From the NCBI GenBank assembly GCA_028864975.1, contig JAGWLG010000004.1:32001-96000 (forward strand): a stretch of DNA of 64,000 nucleotides, read 5' to 3'. Below the pieces are notes generated by a model. That model had not been told where the DNA came from. It was given only the letters and a program-made list of their open reading frames with translations, and ran no database searches. Of this stretch, positions 48,734-59,000 are shown piece by piece. Source of the stretch: Thermoplasmata archaeon. Lineage in GTDB: Archaea > Thermoplasmatota > Thermoplasmata > Lutacidiplasmatales > UBA184. A program made the translations under genes and the position numbers. Position 1 is the stretch's first letter. The number at the start of each line of letters is the position of its first letter.

Positions 48734-50467
48734 CTACCTCCTCAACCGAGGGTCGAGCGCGTCCCTCAGCCCGTCCGACAGGAAGTTCACGGCGATGCAG
48801 AACAAGAAGAGGGCGAGGCCCGGGAAGAGGTACTCCCACCATGGGAAAGGAGAGCCGCTGATGACCGTGGCATAGAACTCTCCCCCTCCCACTTCGTAGG
48901 AGGAGAGGATGCCCCACTCGGGGAACGGGGCCCCGGACGTGGTGGGAAATAGCAAGTTCGTGAACCCTAGGAACCCGATGTTCGCGAGCGCTAGGGGGAC
49001 GGTCCCCACGTCGAGGGAGAAGGAAACGAGCAAGGGGAAGATGCTGTTCGGAATGATGTGCTTCCTCAGCATCCAGCCGGACCCGGCGCCGCTCGCACGC
49101 GCGGCCTCCACGTACTTCTGCTCACGGGTCACGAGCACCTGTCCACGGATGATCCTCGTGTACGACGGCCACCACGTGATGATGAACGCCCCCATCAGGA
49201 ACGCGATCCGCACCCGTTGGTCATGCGGCAAGGAGTTCGGGCCCCCCGCGAACAGGGCCGCCAAGATGACCAGCACGAGGAAGAACGCGGGGATCGATAG
49301 GAACATGTCCGTGAGGCGCATCACCACTTCGTCCGCGATTCCCCCCTTGTATCCGGCGAAGGTTCCCAGGAGCAATCCTACGAGGGCGCCCGCCGAAACG
49401 ATGCCGGCCGAGATCGTCAGGTCCCACGGCGTGGCGCGGACCAAGCCGGTGTAAATGTCCACGTACGGCCCGTTGGGCGTGCTCTCCAATTGCAGGGACC
49501 CGAGCGGGACGGGGCCCGGATTGAACGGGTAGAGGGTCCACGTCGGGAGGATGAGATTCGGAGACCCTCGGAACTGGATGCCGGTGAGGGAGGCAGAGTA
49601 GGCCACGCAGTCACCCGGCGGGGAACTGCCCGCGGCCGCGTACGACGGATAGACGCACTGCCAGTCGTGCGTTGAGATGTCTGGCATGGTCGACGGGTTG
49701 TAGCTAGACCCGTCGAAGTAGGGGGTGTACGCTCGATACTCGGGTAGGGTCACGTAGTCGCCATTGCATCCGGGGGGAGTGCAGGCCCCAACCGACGGTG
49801 AGTAGGGGGCGAGGACGGGTGAAAGCAGCGCAACCACGGCATAGCCTAGGAGCAGCGCGAGCCCCAGCACGGCGAGCTTGCTCTGGAAGAAGAAGTAGAG
49901 GGTCCGTTTCATTTGGGCAAGTCGAGGGGCAGGTCGCCCTAGCGGGTCCCGCAGGATCAAGCCCAGGACAAGGAGCGCCGCCCCCAGAGCCGCCGCCCCG
50001 ACGGCCGCTCCCTCCTCCGCGAGAGCGCTCGGGGTCGCGGGGACCTGGACGTTGGCCCGCACCGGGTCGCTGGCGGAGACGACGTACCATATCCCGGACC
50101 GACCCTGGAACTCCCCATGGTTGGACGGCCCGTTCAGCGTCAGGAGCGCGCTTCCCGTCCCCTGCGCGCATCGGAGCGATTGTTCGCTCCACGGACACTG
50201 GAAGACCTGGACACTGGTCGAGGTGTTGCCGTACTCGTAGCTGAGCGTGAAACTCTGAGTGGCGTTCGGGCCGGGGGCCACGAAGGGCAGTCCCACGGGC
50301 GCGCTCGGGACGATCGAATAGGGTACGGGGGTGGTCGTGTTATAGCCGGGGAAGACCCCTCCCGAACCCACCAGCGTCGCGGAACCGGGGTTCACGATGA
50401 AGAGGAGCGCGCTGACCACGGCGGCCAGCCACAGGAGCATCCCCAGGTAGACGAAGAAGGCCCTCAT
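48734..50467 (-). CDS. oppC: Oligopeptide ABC permease (OppC/DppC-like) with N-terminal extra domain
   Basis: DEVVMRLTD, RIIRGQVL...YVEAARASGA, HIIPN, PEWG; start ATG 50467. Confidence 0.92.
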   Translation of the reverse strand: MRAFFVYLGMLLWLAAVVSALLFIVNPGSATLVGSGGVFPGYNTTTPVPYSIVPSAPVGLPFVAPGPNATQSFTLSYEYGNTSTSVQVFQCPWSEQSLRCAQGTGSALLTLNGPSNHGEFQGRSGIWYVVSASDPVRANVQVPATPSALAEEGAAVGAAALGAALLVLGLILRDPLGRPAPRLAQMKRTLYFFFQSKLAVLGLALLLGYAVVALLSPVLAPYSPSVGACTPPGCNGDYVTLPEYRAYTPYFDGSSYNPSTMPDISTHDWQCVYPSYAAAGSSPPGDCVAYSASLTGIQFRGSPNLILPTWTLYPFNPGPVPLGSLQLESTPNGPYVDIYTGLVRATPWDLTISAGIVSAGALVGLLLGTFAGYKGGIADEVVMRLTDMFLSIPAFFLVLVILAALFAGGPNSLPHDQRVRIAFLMGAFIITWWPSYTRIIRGQVLVTREQKYVEAARASGAGSGWMLRKHIIPNSIFPLLVSFSLDVGTVPLALANIGFLGFTNLLFPTTSGAPFPEWGILSSYEVGGGEFYATVISGSPFPWWEYLFPGLALFLFCIAVNFLSDGLRDALDPRLRR

Positions 50468-50498
50468 GCGCTGCTCTTCCCTCCGGTGCGCTCTAGGC

Positions 50499-51782
50499 CT
50501 ACCCCAGCCGGACCCGAGGGTCCAAGATGCCGTAGACCACGTCCACGATGACGTTCGCGACCACAATGATGATCGTGAAGAGGACCGTGCTGGCGAAGAT
50601 CGTGCTAATGTCGGGAGGAGGTAGGACCGAGTAGGCGAACATCGAACCCACCCCAAAGAGGCCGAACAAGGTCTCGGTCACCGCGAAGCCCCCCAAGAAG
50701 GCGGCGAAGGTCAATCCGAGGATCGTCACCGTGACGTTGAGCGAGTTCCGGCCCGCGTGATGCTTGACCACCTGTCGTTCCGGTACCCCCTTGGCGCGGG
50801 CTGTCCGGATGAAATCCAGGTTCATCACCTCAAGCATCGAGTTGCGGACGAACCGAAGCAGGGTGGCCACAGATCCGTAAGCGATCGTGAGCGCAGGAAT
50901 GAGCAGGCGGAGGAAGTGGTCGCCGACCAGGTCCCAGTAGTAGTACTTTCCCCCGGGCATGCCGGGCGCGGGCGCGTGCGACGCGGCGAAGATGACCCCG
51001 TCCAACGTGGGTAACCCTGTAGGTTGTGTGCCCCAGAGAGGATTCGTAAAGTGGGGCTGTCCCGGCGGCATGAGGTTCGAGGTGCCGTTGGAGAAGTGCT
51101 GGTAGTAGCACTGGCTCAACGCCGGCGGCCAACTGCCGACGATCTGCTCGTACGCGCTGTTCTCGCAGGCGAAGGCGTTGTTCTGGTCGTAAGGGTTGGA
51201 GACGGTCAGGGCCGAGTAGAGCACCAGGATGATGAGCGCCCCTAGCAAGAAACTGGGAAGGGCGAAGCCACTGAAGGAGAAGACCCGTGTCCCTTGGTCC
51301 AAGGGTCGGTTCCGATGGACGGCGGACTTATTCCCGAGAGGGATGGCGATGGCCAGAATGAGCACGAGGGAGATGGCGGCGAGCTCGATGGTGTACGGAA
51401 GCCAGTTCGACACGAGGGTCATGACCGTACATCCCCCCTGTTGCTGCGAGATATTCATCGAAAAGCAGGGCTTCACCGGGGAGTTCGACGCCTGCACCAT
51501 CCCACTATCGTTCGAAACGTAGCCCCACTGACCTGTGAACGTGTGGTAGAGGTAGCGGCCGTACTGGACAGGGGGTGTCTGGTCCAGACCGCAGATGCGG
51601 AGCTCATTGGCGTATTGCGGGGTGCCCGGAGGAGGATACCCCCCTCTGGGAGGAGGGATGCAGGCCGCGATACGCTGACTGACGGGAACCGCAGAGATGA
51701 TGATGAACGTGATGGTGACGACCCCGATCAGGACGGGGATCATCAAGAGCAGGCGTCGAAGGAGGAAGACCCAGAGCTTCAC
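50499..51782 (-). CDS. oppB: Oligopeptide ABC permease (OppB/DppB-like)
   Basis: LLRRLLLMIPVL, LPYTIELA, RNSMLEVMNLDFIRTARAKG, ETLFGLFGVG; start GTG 51782. Confidence 0.93.
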   Translation of the reverse strand: MKLWVFLLRRLLLMIPVLIGVVTITFIIISAVPVSQRIAACIPPPRGGYPPPGTPQYANELRICGLDQTPPVQYGRYLYHTFTGQWGYVSNDSGMVQASNSPVKPCFSMNISQQQGGCTVMTLVSNWLPYTIELAAISLVLILAIAIPLGNKSAVHRNRPLDQGTRVFSFSGFALPSFLLGALIILVLYSALTVSNPYDQNNAFACENSAYEQIVGSWPPALSQCYYQHFSNGTSNLMPPGQPHFTNPLWGTQPTGLPTLDGVIFAASHAPAPGMPGGKYYYWDLVGDHFLRLLIPALTIAYGSVATLLRFVRNSMLEVMNLDFIRTARAKGVPERQVVKHHAGRNSLNVTVTILGLTFAAFLGGFAVTETLFGLFGVGSMFAYSVLPPPDISTIFASTVLFTIIIVVANVIVDVVYGILDPRVRLG

Positions 51783-51983
51783 GGTCGCACCTCGATCGGC
51801 CTCGGATGCCCTCGAACAGCCTCCAGGCTCTTCACCACCGTGCGAGACTTTCTCGAGGTATTTATGTATTGGCCACTTTGACCGAGAGAGGACGGTGTCG
51901 GGCCGACATTGCACCTCGAGATGGGCCTAACGGCGCTCGTTTCAAGTGCGGTCCCGCAGACCCGCACCAAGGACTCCCGGCTC

Positions 51984-52358
51984 CTATAGCAGCGGGAGGT
52001 TCCCGGTGACCCGGTCGATCTGTCCAGCCGTCCCGGGGCCGATCCCCAGGACCGTGCGGGTCCCTGGAGGCACCTCCGTGAGCCCCGCGTCCTCCACCAC
52101 CACCGTCGGGATACCCATCGCCTCGGCCTTCTTTCGAAGCGCTTCGAGCTCGGCGATCGTCTCCACCTTGAGGGCGACCTTCTTCTGGCCCTGCTCGAGC
52201 CAGAGGCGGAACTCCCTTCGGCGCCGGACCTTTTCGTCCAGGGAGAGCATCACCGCCGCGTGCGCGACCTGGACGGCGGCCTTCCCCGCCGAGAGGCCAA
52301 GCTCGTGCCGAAGCACGAGGACCATTTTGACGCTGTCTCCGGATGCTCGGTCAGCCAC
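51984..52358 (-). CDS. pth2: Peptidyl-tRNA hydrolase Pth2
   Basis: KMVLVLRHEL, GKAAVQVAHA, GQKKVALK, DAGLTEVPPGT, GIGP. Confidence 0.95.
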   Translation of the reverse strand: MADRASGDSVKMVLVLRHELGLSAGKAAVQVAHAAVMLSLDEKVRRRREFRLWLEQGQKKVALKVETIAELEALRKKAEAMGIPTVVVEDAGLTEVPPGTRTVLGIGPGTAGQIDRVTGNLPLL

Positions 52359-52905
52359 GAAGCTCCTCCTCCCTCTCCTTCTCCATCCGACGGCGCTTAT
52401 CCCCCAGCTCTTGGAGCTCCGCCTTAAGACGTTCGACATCCCCCGAAGCTCGACCGCTGCGTTGCGCCGTCCGAAGCTCCCGCCGCGCCTCCCGCTCCCG
52501 GCGTGAGAGCGCCTGGAATCGTTCGAGGAGCGGCTCTACGTCCTCCTCCCCAGGCAGCGGGGGCTCGACGAACGAGGGAGCCGGCGGGGGTTCCGCGCGG
52601 TACGCCCCGCGGATCCATCCGAGAGCCAAGAACCCGAGGGCGAAGGTGGCGAGGACCCCCTCCAAGACCGGGTCGGAGGGCGCCGCAGCGAAGGTCCCGG
52701 TGTTCCCGAGCACGAAGCCTACGACGAGGAAGATCGAGAGGCTGGCGACGAACCCCCCCGTGAGGAGCTCCAGCGCATCCATGGTGCCCCGCGGGCCCTT
52801 CCAGCGCTTCTCCGGCCAGAGGGCCTTCATCATCAGGTACCCCGGTGCGAAGAAGAAGAGGGCGAGCGCCCCCAGGGCAAAGATCGGGTTCACGGGGGGC
52901 ACCAT
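52351..52905 (-). CDS. DUF1616-like membrane protein with C-terminal coiled coil
   Basis: LFFFAPGYLMMKALWP pattern, three TMs, charged helical tail. Confidence 0.65.
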   Translation of the reverse strand: MVPPVNPIFALGALALFFFAPGYLMMKALWPEKRWKGPRGTMDALELLTGGFVASLSIFLVVGFVLGNTGTFAAAPSDPVLEGVLATFALGFLALGWIRGAYRAEPPPAPSFVEPPLPGEEDVEPLLERFQALSRREREARRELRTAQRSGRASGDVERLKAELQELGDKRRRMEKEREEELRG

Positions 52906-52955
52906 CCCGGGGTCGTTCCTCCGTTATCTCTTCGAGCCGCGGGTGGCGAGCGACC

Positions 52956-54299
52956 TCACGAGGGCTTGGGACCGCCACTCGCGGCGAGCTGCCGTTCCAT
53001 GTGGCGCCGGAGCTTGCGGTTGGAGGCGATCCCGTGCGCGGCCCGTTTCGTCTGCTCATAGTACTTGAGCAGGGCTCGCACCTCCTGGGGCCGGTGGCCG
53101 CTCCCCCGAGCGATGCGCTGGACGCGGTCCCCCTTGATGAGCTGAGGGTTCGTCATCTCCTCTTTGGTCATCGAGTCCATGATGACCTTGAACGCGGCGA
53201 GCCGGGTCTGGGTCTCTTCGACCTGAGCGTCATCGATCTTCGCCTGCGCGAGGCCGGGGATGAGCGACTTGAGCTTCGTGAACGGCCCCATCTTCCCGAG
53301 CGAGTCCAACTGGACGTAGAACTCCTTGAGCGTGAACTTCCCCGTGAGGAGCGACTCCGCGGCCTTCTCCGCCTCTTCCTTCCCCTCCAGCGTCTCGAAG
53401 CGCTCGAGCAGGGTCTGGATGTCCCCCATCCCCAGGAGCTGAGAGACGAAGCGGGTCGGGTCGAACTTCTCTAGGTCCTCGGCGTGCTCCCCCACCCCCA
53501 CGAACAGGATGGGCGCCCCGCTGCGCGCGACCGCCGAGAGCGCGCCACCCCCCTTGGCCGACCCATCGAGCTTCGTCAAGATGACCCCCGTGAGGCCCAC
53601 CGCCTTGTGGAAGGCCTCCGCCGACCGGCCCGCGGACTGCCCCATGGCCGCGTCCAGGACGAGGAGGACCTCCTGGGGGTCGAAGGTCTTCTTGCAGCGC
53701 TGGATCTCGGCGACGAGCTCGGCGTCGAGGTTGGACCGACCGGCGGTGTCCAGGATCATCACGTCCGTGGCGGGGAACTTCTCCCGGCCCTGGGTGGCGA
53801 TCACCTCGGCCCGCTTCTCCTCCCGGTTCGCGTAGAAGGAAGCGTTGACCTTCTTCGCAAGTTGTTCCAACTGGTCGATGGCCGCCGGACGATGGACATC
53901 GGCGGCGATGAGGGCGGCCCGGACGCCCTTCTTCTGGAAGAGCCGCGCGAGCTTCGCCGCGGTGGTCGTCTTTCCTTGCCCGAAAAGGCCTACCAGCATG
54001 ATGCGACGCGGACGCATCTCGAAGACGCGGTCCTCGCCCATGATGCGACGGATCTCCTCATAGACGATCCGGACGAGGAAGTCCCGAAGGCTGGCCCCTG
54101 CCGGGGGCTTTTCCTCCTTGGCCCTCGTCTTGACCCGGGTCGTGAGCTCGAGCGCGAGCTGGACGTTCACGTCGGACTGCAGGAGGGCCCGCTGGATGTC
54201 GCGGGAGACCTCGGCCAGAAGCTCTTCGTCGACCGCCCCGCTCTTCGCGATCTTCGCGAGGACATTGCGGAGCGATTTGCCGAGAGAGTCCAGCACCAT
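52956..54299 (-). CDS. srp54: Signal recognition particle protein SRP54
   Basis: GLFGQGKTTT, DTAGR, TKLDGSAKGGGALS, M-domain IMDSMT...RIARGSG. Confidence 0.97.
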   Translation of the reverse strand: MVLDSLGKSLRNVLAKIAKSGAVDEELLAEVSRDIQRALLQSDVNVQLALELTTRVKTRAKEEKPPAGASLRDFLVRIVYEEIRRIMGEDRVFEMRPRRIMLVGLFGQGKTTTAAKLARLFQKKGVRAALIAADVHRPAAIDQLEQLAKKVNASFYANREEKRAEVIATQGREKFPATDVMILDTAGRSNLDAELVAEIQRCKKTFDPQEVLLVLDAAMGQSAGRSAEAFHKAVGLTGVILTKLDGSAKGGGALSAVARSGAPILFVGVGEHAEDLEKFDPTRFVSQLLGMGDIQTLLERFETLEGKEEAEKAAESLLTGKFTLKEFYVQLDSLGKMGPFTKLKSLIPGLAQAKIDDAQVEETQTRLAAFKVIMDSMTKEEMTNPQLIKGDRVQRIARGSGHRPQEVRALLKYYEQTKRAAHGIASNRKLRRHMERQLAASGGPKPS

Positions 54300-54401
54300 G
54301 GCTTCGACCTTGGGCCCCCGTCACGGCGGGGGATGCGTTAGAAACGAAGGGACGCCCCTTATCTCTTCTAGGTCGCCCAGGACACTGCCTTCTGGCACTC
54401 C

Positions 54402-55961
54402 GTGCCACACCAAGGCACGGCCTTCCAGGGGCCCGTTATACCTCCCCCCTCCGTGAATCAGATGATGACCGCCGGCACCGAGGCCGCCATCCCCCCCGCG
54501 GTCCCGGCGAAGACGCCCCCGAAGCTCAATCCGGTGCGTGTCCACGTCCCCGAGTCCCCCGTCGAGGAGCGGGTCCATAACTTCGAGGAGATCATCCATC
54601 CCTACACTCTAGAGGATGCGGTCCTCGAGGCCAAGCGCTGCATCCAGTGCCGTCGTCCTTGGTGCGTCGAGGCCTGCCCGATCTCCCAGGACTGCCGCGA
54701 GTACATCCTGAAACTTGCCGAGCGCGACTTCGACGGGGCGGCGCGGGTGACGCTCCGGGACGACCCGATGGCCACCACGCTCTGCAAGGTCTGCTACCAT
54801 TACTGCGAGGACGCCTGCGTCGTGAAGAAGAAGGGGGTCCCCATCGCCATCCGGCAGCTCAAGCGCTCCTCGCTCGAGCTCGGGAAGAGCGATCTCGTCT
54901 ACGTCGCGCAGAAGCCCAGGGACCAGCGGGTGGCGATCGTCGGCGGGGGCCCTGCCGGGGTCATGGCCGCCTGGGAGCTCGGCATCCGCGGCTACGGCGT
55001 CACGGTCTACGAACAGGAGGAGCTCTTGGGCGGGCTCGTCCTCTCCATCCCGAGCTACCGTGTCACCGACCGGGAGGTCCAGGAGGACCTTGCGCGCTTC
55101 CGCGACCTCGATGTGACCTTCGTGAAGAGCACCAAGGTCGGCGTTACGCTCCCTGCGGAGAAGCTCCTCGAACAGGGGTACGCTGCGGTCCTTCTGACCC
55201 TCGGGACCCCTCTCCATCGGAAGCTCAACATCCCTGGCGAGGACCTCCCGGGGGTCGTCCCGGCCCTCCGCATGCTCCTCGACCTGCACCACGGCCGACC
55301 CGCCAAAGTGGGGAAGCGGATCATGGTCATCGGGGGTGGGGACGTGGCGATGGATGCGATCCGCTCCTCGGTCCGTCTCTCGCAGGGGGGAGAGGTCACC
55401 TTGGTCTACCGCAGGACGGAGGAGGAGATGCCCGCGGACCGCGAGGAGCTCCTCGGCGCCAAGGAGGAGGGGGTCAAGTTCCTCTGGCAGAAAGCGCCGG
55501 TGCGGATCGTGGGGAGCGACCGCGTGGAGGGCCTCGTGGTCCAACGCGTGGAGCTAGGGCCTCCCGATGCCTCGGGACGCCGGGCCCCCGTTCTTGTCCC
55601 CGGCTCGGAGGAGACCCTTCCGTGCGACACGGTCATCGTCGCCGTTGGCCAGAGATCGGACACGACAGGGTTCGACAGCGACCTCGACCTCCGGGTCACC
55701 GCGCAGGGCTGGGTCGAGGGGAAGGGCCCTGACCTCATGACGGGGGTCGAAGGGGTGTTCGCGGCGGGAGGGAAGTCCGTGGTCTACGCGATGGCGGCGG
55801 GCATGCGCGCAGCCGAAGCGATCGACGGCTACCTTCGGAAGAAGAAGGGAGAAGCCCCCGCCCCGCGGCCAGATCCCTTCGGCGGGTCGACGCCGTTCCA
55901 CCTTCCCGCGGGATACGCGAAGGCGAACTGGAACCCGAACCCCACGTACGGGAAGGCCTAG
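54402..55961 (+). CDS. GltD/SudA-family FAD/NAD(P) Fe-S oxidoreductase
   Basis: EAKRCIQC...CVEACP, CKVC...CEDAC, GGGPAG, GGGDVAMD, YRR. Confidence 0.9.
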   Translation: MPHQGTAFQGPVIPPPSVNQMMTAGTEAAIPPAVPAKTPPKLNPVRVHVPESPVEERVHNFEEIIHPYTLEDAVLEAKRCIQCRRPWCVEACPISQDCREYILKLAERDFDGAARVTLRDDPMATTLCKVCYHYCEDACVVKKKGVPIAIRQLKRSSLELGKSDLVYVAQKPRDQRVAIVGGGPAGVMAAWELGIRGYGVTVYEQEELLGGLVLSIPSYRVTDREVQEDLARFRDLDVTFVKSTKVGVTLPAEKLLEQGYAAVLLTLGTPLHRKLNIPGEDLPGVVPALRMLLDLHHGRPAKVGKRIMVIGGGDVAMDAIRSSVRLSQGGEVTLVYRRTEEEMPADREELLGAKEEGVKFLWQKAPVRIVGSDRVEGLVVQRVELGPPDASGRRAPVLVPGSEETLPCDTVIVAVGQRSDTTGFDSDLDLRVTAQGWVEGKGPDLMTGVEGVFAAGGKSVVYAMAAGMRAAEAIDGYLRKKKGEAPAPRPDPFGGSTPFHLPAGYAKANWNPNPTYGKA

Positions 55962-56030
55962 CCGGCAGGCTACCGTGGAGGGGCAGATAGTGGCCCCACG
56001 CGGCCTTATCTTGGGAGACGTTCCTCCCCT

Positions 56031-59000
56031 ATGGCGATGGTTGAACGGGAAGGGGGTTCCCCGCGAGTGCGAGGACCCTTCCGTGCGCTTCTGCGGAACA
56101 TGAGGCTCTCTCCCAGGGCCGTCGTGGTCTTCGTGGCGCTCGCCTCGCTGGTCGTTTCGACCTGGGCGCTCACTCCCTACCTACCCGTTTCCGCCGCGAG
56201 CGGGACCTTGGACGAGCTCGCCTCCTCCCATGGAGTGCTGCCCTCCTGGCAAGCCGCGCGCGCGATGCACCTCTCCGTGACCGACCCCCTGGGACTCCTG
56301 GGGTACGACGCCGCCACCGTGGAGGGGCTCTCCAACGAGCGGGCCCTGGCGTCGAGCACCCCCGAGACCCTCGGGATCGCGCTCATCCCCCGCGACCCCG
56401 CGGGACTGCAGCAACTGGACCTCGCGGTGAACGAGCCGGGCAGTCCCCTTCTCGGTCACTATCTCACCCCACAGCAGTACCAGGAGCGATTCGCGCCCAC
56501 GGTCGCCGCGGAGCAGCAGGTGGAACAGATCCTCCGCGCTGGCGGGTTCACGGTCACCTACGCTTCCGCGGACCGCAGCTTCGTCCAGGTCGAGGGGACC
56601 GCGGGGGCAGCGAACGCGCTGTTCTCGACCGAGCTGGTGGCGGGAACGTACCAGGGCCGCTCGGAGGTCGTCCCTTCGACCGCCCCGACGCTCCCTTCGT
56701 CGCTCTCCCCCTACGTCCTCTCCGTGACCGGGCTTGAGGTGAACGTCGCGCCGTTCTCCTTCGCTCCGCTCTGGTCGCACGCGATCACCCCCTCCTCCAG
56801 CTCGACGTGTCTGCTCACGTGCAGCACGATCTACCCTGACTGGACCCACTTCATGTACGACCTCGACAAGCTCTACAACAACACCGCGAGCGCGGGGCCC
56901 CACTTCGCCCAGACCTCGACGATCGGGATCCTCCTCTGGGGTGGTAGCTACGGGGGCTTCTCTCCCAACGACATCCAGCAGTACGCGCAGGGGCTCTACT
57001 GGGGGCCCCCCTTCACCTACACCCCCTATCCCATCGACGGAGCCGCGCCCCCGGGGCCGAACGCCCCCAGCGACCCGAGCCTGGCCCCCATGGAGCTCAC
57101 GCTGGACATGGAGTGGTCCGAATCCCAGGCCCCCGGCGCTTCGCTCGATGTCGTCTATGTGCCGGAAGGAACCGCGGCAAACAACTACTCCCCGAACCCG
57201 GTGGAGCTCGAGCATGGGATCGCGGTCCTCGTGAACCTCTCGGGGCTCACGGTGATCACGCAATCCTTCGGCGCTCCCGAGGGGGACCAGGCGTTCCAGA
57301 GCTTCTTCGACGCCGAGTTCGTCCACGCGGGCGCTCTCGGGATCTCGGTCTTCGCCGCTTCCGGGGACGATGGCGGATCTACCGGCTCCATCTCGAACGG
57401 ATGCACCCAGAACCCCCAGGTGGACTATCCTGCGGCTTCTCCGTACGCGACCGCGGTGGGCGGCACGGCCCCTACGGTGAACGCGAGCGGAGGGGGCGGT
57501 CCATCGGGGACCGTCGGGGTCGACACCGAATCCGCCTGGCAGTTCAGCGGCGGCGGCTACTCCACCTCCTACGGGCTCCCCCCGTGGCAGCGCGGCGGGA
57601 GCGCGTACGCGACCATCATGACCGCCACGTCGAACGCGGGCGCGCGGGGGGTACCGGACGTGGCAGGCCCGGCGGCCGACAATGCCTTCGTCTACAACGG
57701 GGCCCTCCAGGGAGGGGAGGGCACGAGCTTCGCCTCCCCCTTCTGGGCCGGGCTCACGGCGGAGATGGTCGCGGTCCGCGGCGGGGCGCTCCTGGGCTGG
57801 CTCAACCCGAGGCTCTACGCGCTGGGGGCGGCGCAGGACCAGGGGTCGCTCACCCCCGCTCCGTACCGCGAGATCCTTCAGGGCCAGAACCCCGGCATGG
57901 CGGCGAGCTGTCTCTACTATGCCCAGCCCGGGTGGGACGCGGTGACCGGGTACGGGGCGCCGAAGGACGCGTTCAACCTCTACGCCGACCTGGTCGCGAA
58001 CTACATCGACCTCAACATCACCTTCAACCCGGATACGGCCTCCCCCGGGAGCACGGTCACCGTCCGGGTCGCCGCGACGAACAGCACGAACGGACAGCCG
58101 TTCACCTCCGGGACGATCGACCTCAGGATCTTCTCGCTCCCCCAGACCCTCAAGTCGACGCCGCTGCTCACCGAGACCCAGGTCGCTCTGAACTCCCAGG
58201 GGACGGGGAGCTTCTCGTACTCGATCGACCTGTTCTACAAGTACGGGCATCTGCTCGCGCAGGCCGAGATCTTCAGCGCTCACTCCGTGGGGAGCACTTC
58301 GAGCATCCTCACGGTGACGCTCCTGGGTTCGTGGTACCAGGCGATCCAACCCCTGCTGGCCCCTCCGTGGAACTACCTGTTCTTCGCGTTGATCATGGGT
58401 CTCGCGACGGCCCTGGGCTGGGTGCTCGGGCTGAGGGCGCCCAGGCCGATCGGGAGCCCCTCGCCCCTTCGGCGATTGCTTCCCGTCCGCCGGAGGGCCC
58501 CGGTGCGAGGTCCGACCCCGGGACCGCCGGTTCCGGTGTCCTATGCAGGAGGTCTAGGAGGACCGAGGAGGCCGTCCGTCGCTGCGCGACCGGGCCCTGG
58601 CGGCCCCCCGAGGCGCGGCCCCGGCCAACGACCCGCCACCCCGCGCCCATCGGGAGGACCTGCGACCGCGGCGCAGCGAGCGAGGCCGCCGACCGCGCCA
58701 AGCGGCGCACCGACAGGGGCGCCTCGCTCCATGGAGCGGCCTGCCCCAGGGACGGAAGCGCAGGTCGCCCCCGGGGTGACGATGGTCGTCCCCCCGAAAC
58801 CCTCGCCCGCGCCGCCATCACCGGTCGAGACGTCCTCCGAGACACCCCCCGCTCCTTCTCCTACCGCGGCTTCCGACGCGCCTGCCGTTCCGTTGCCGGA
58901 GGATGCCACAGCGCCGCCTCCCGCGGCGACCGAGGGCTCCGCCGGGACCGCGACCGCCACGCCGCCCGAGGTCCCGCCCGAGGCGGTCGCCTCCGAGGCC

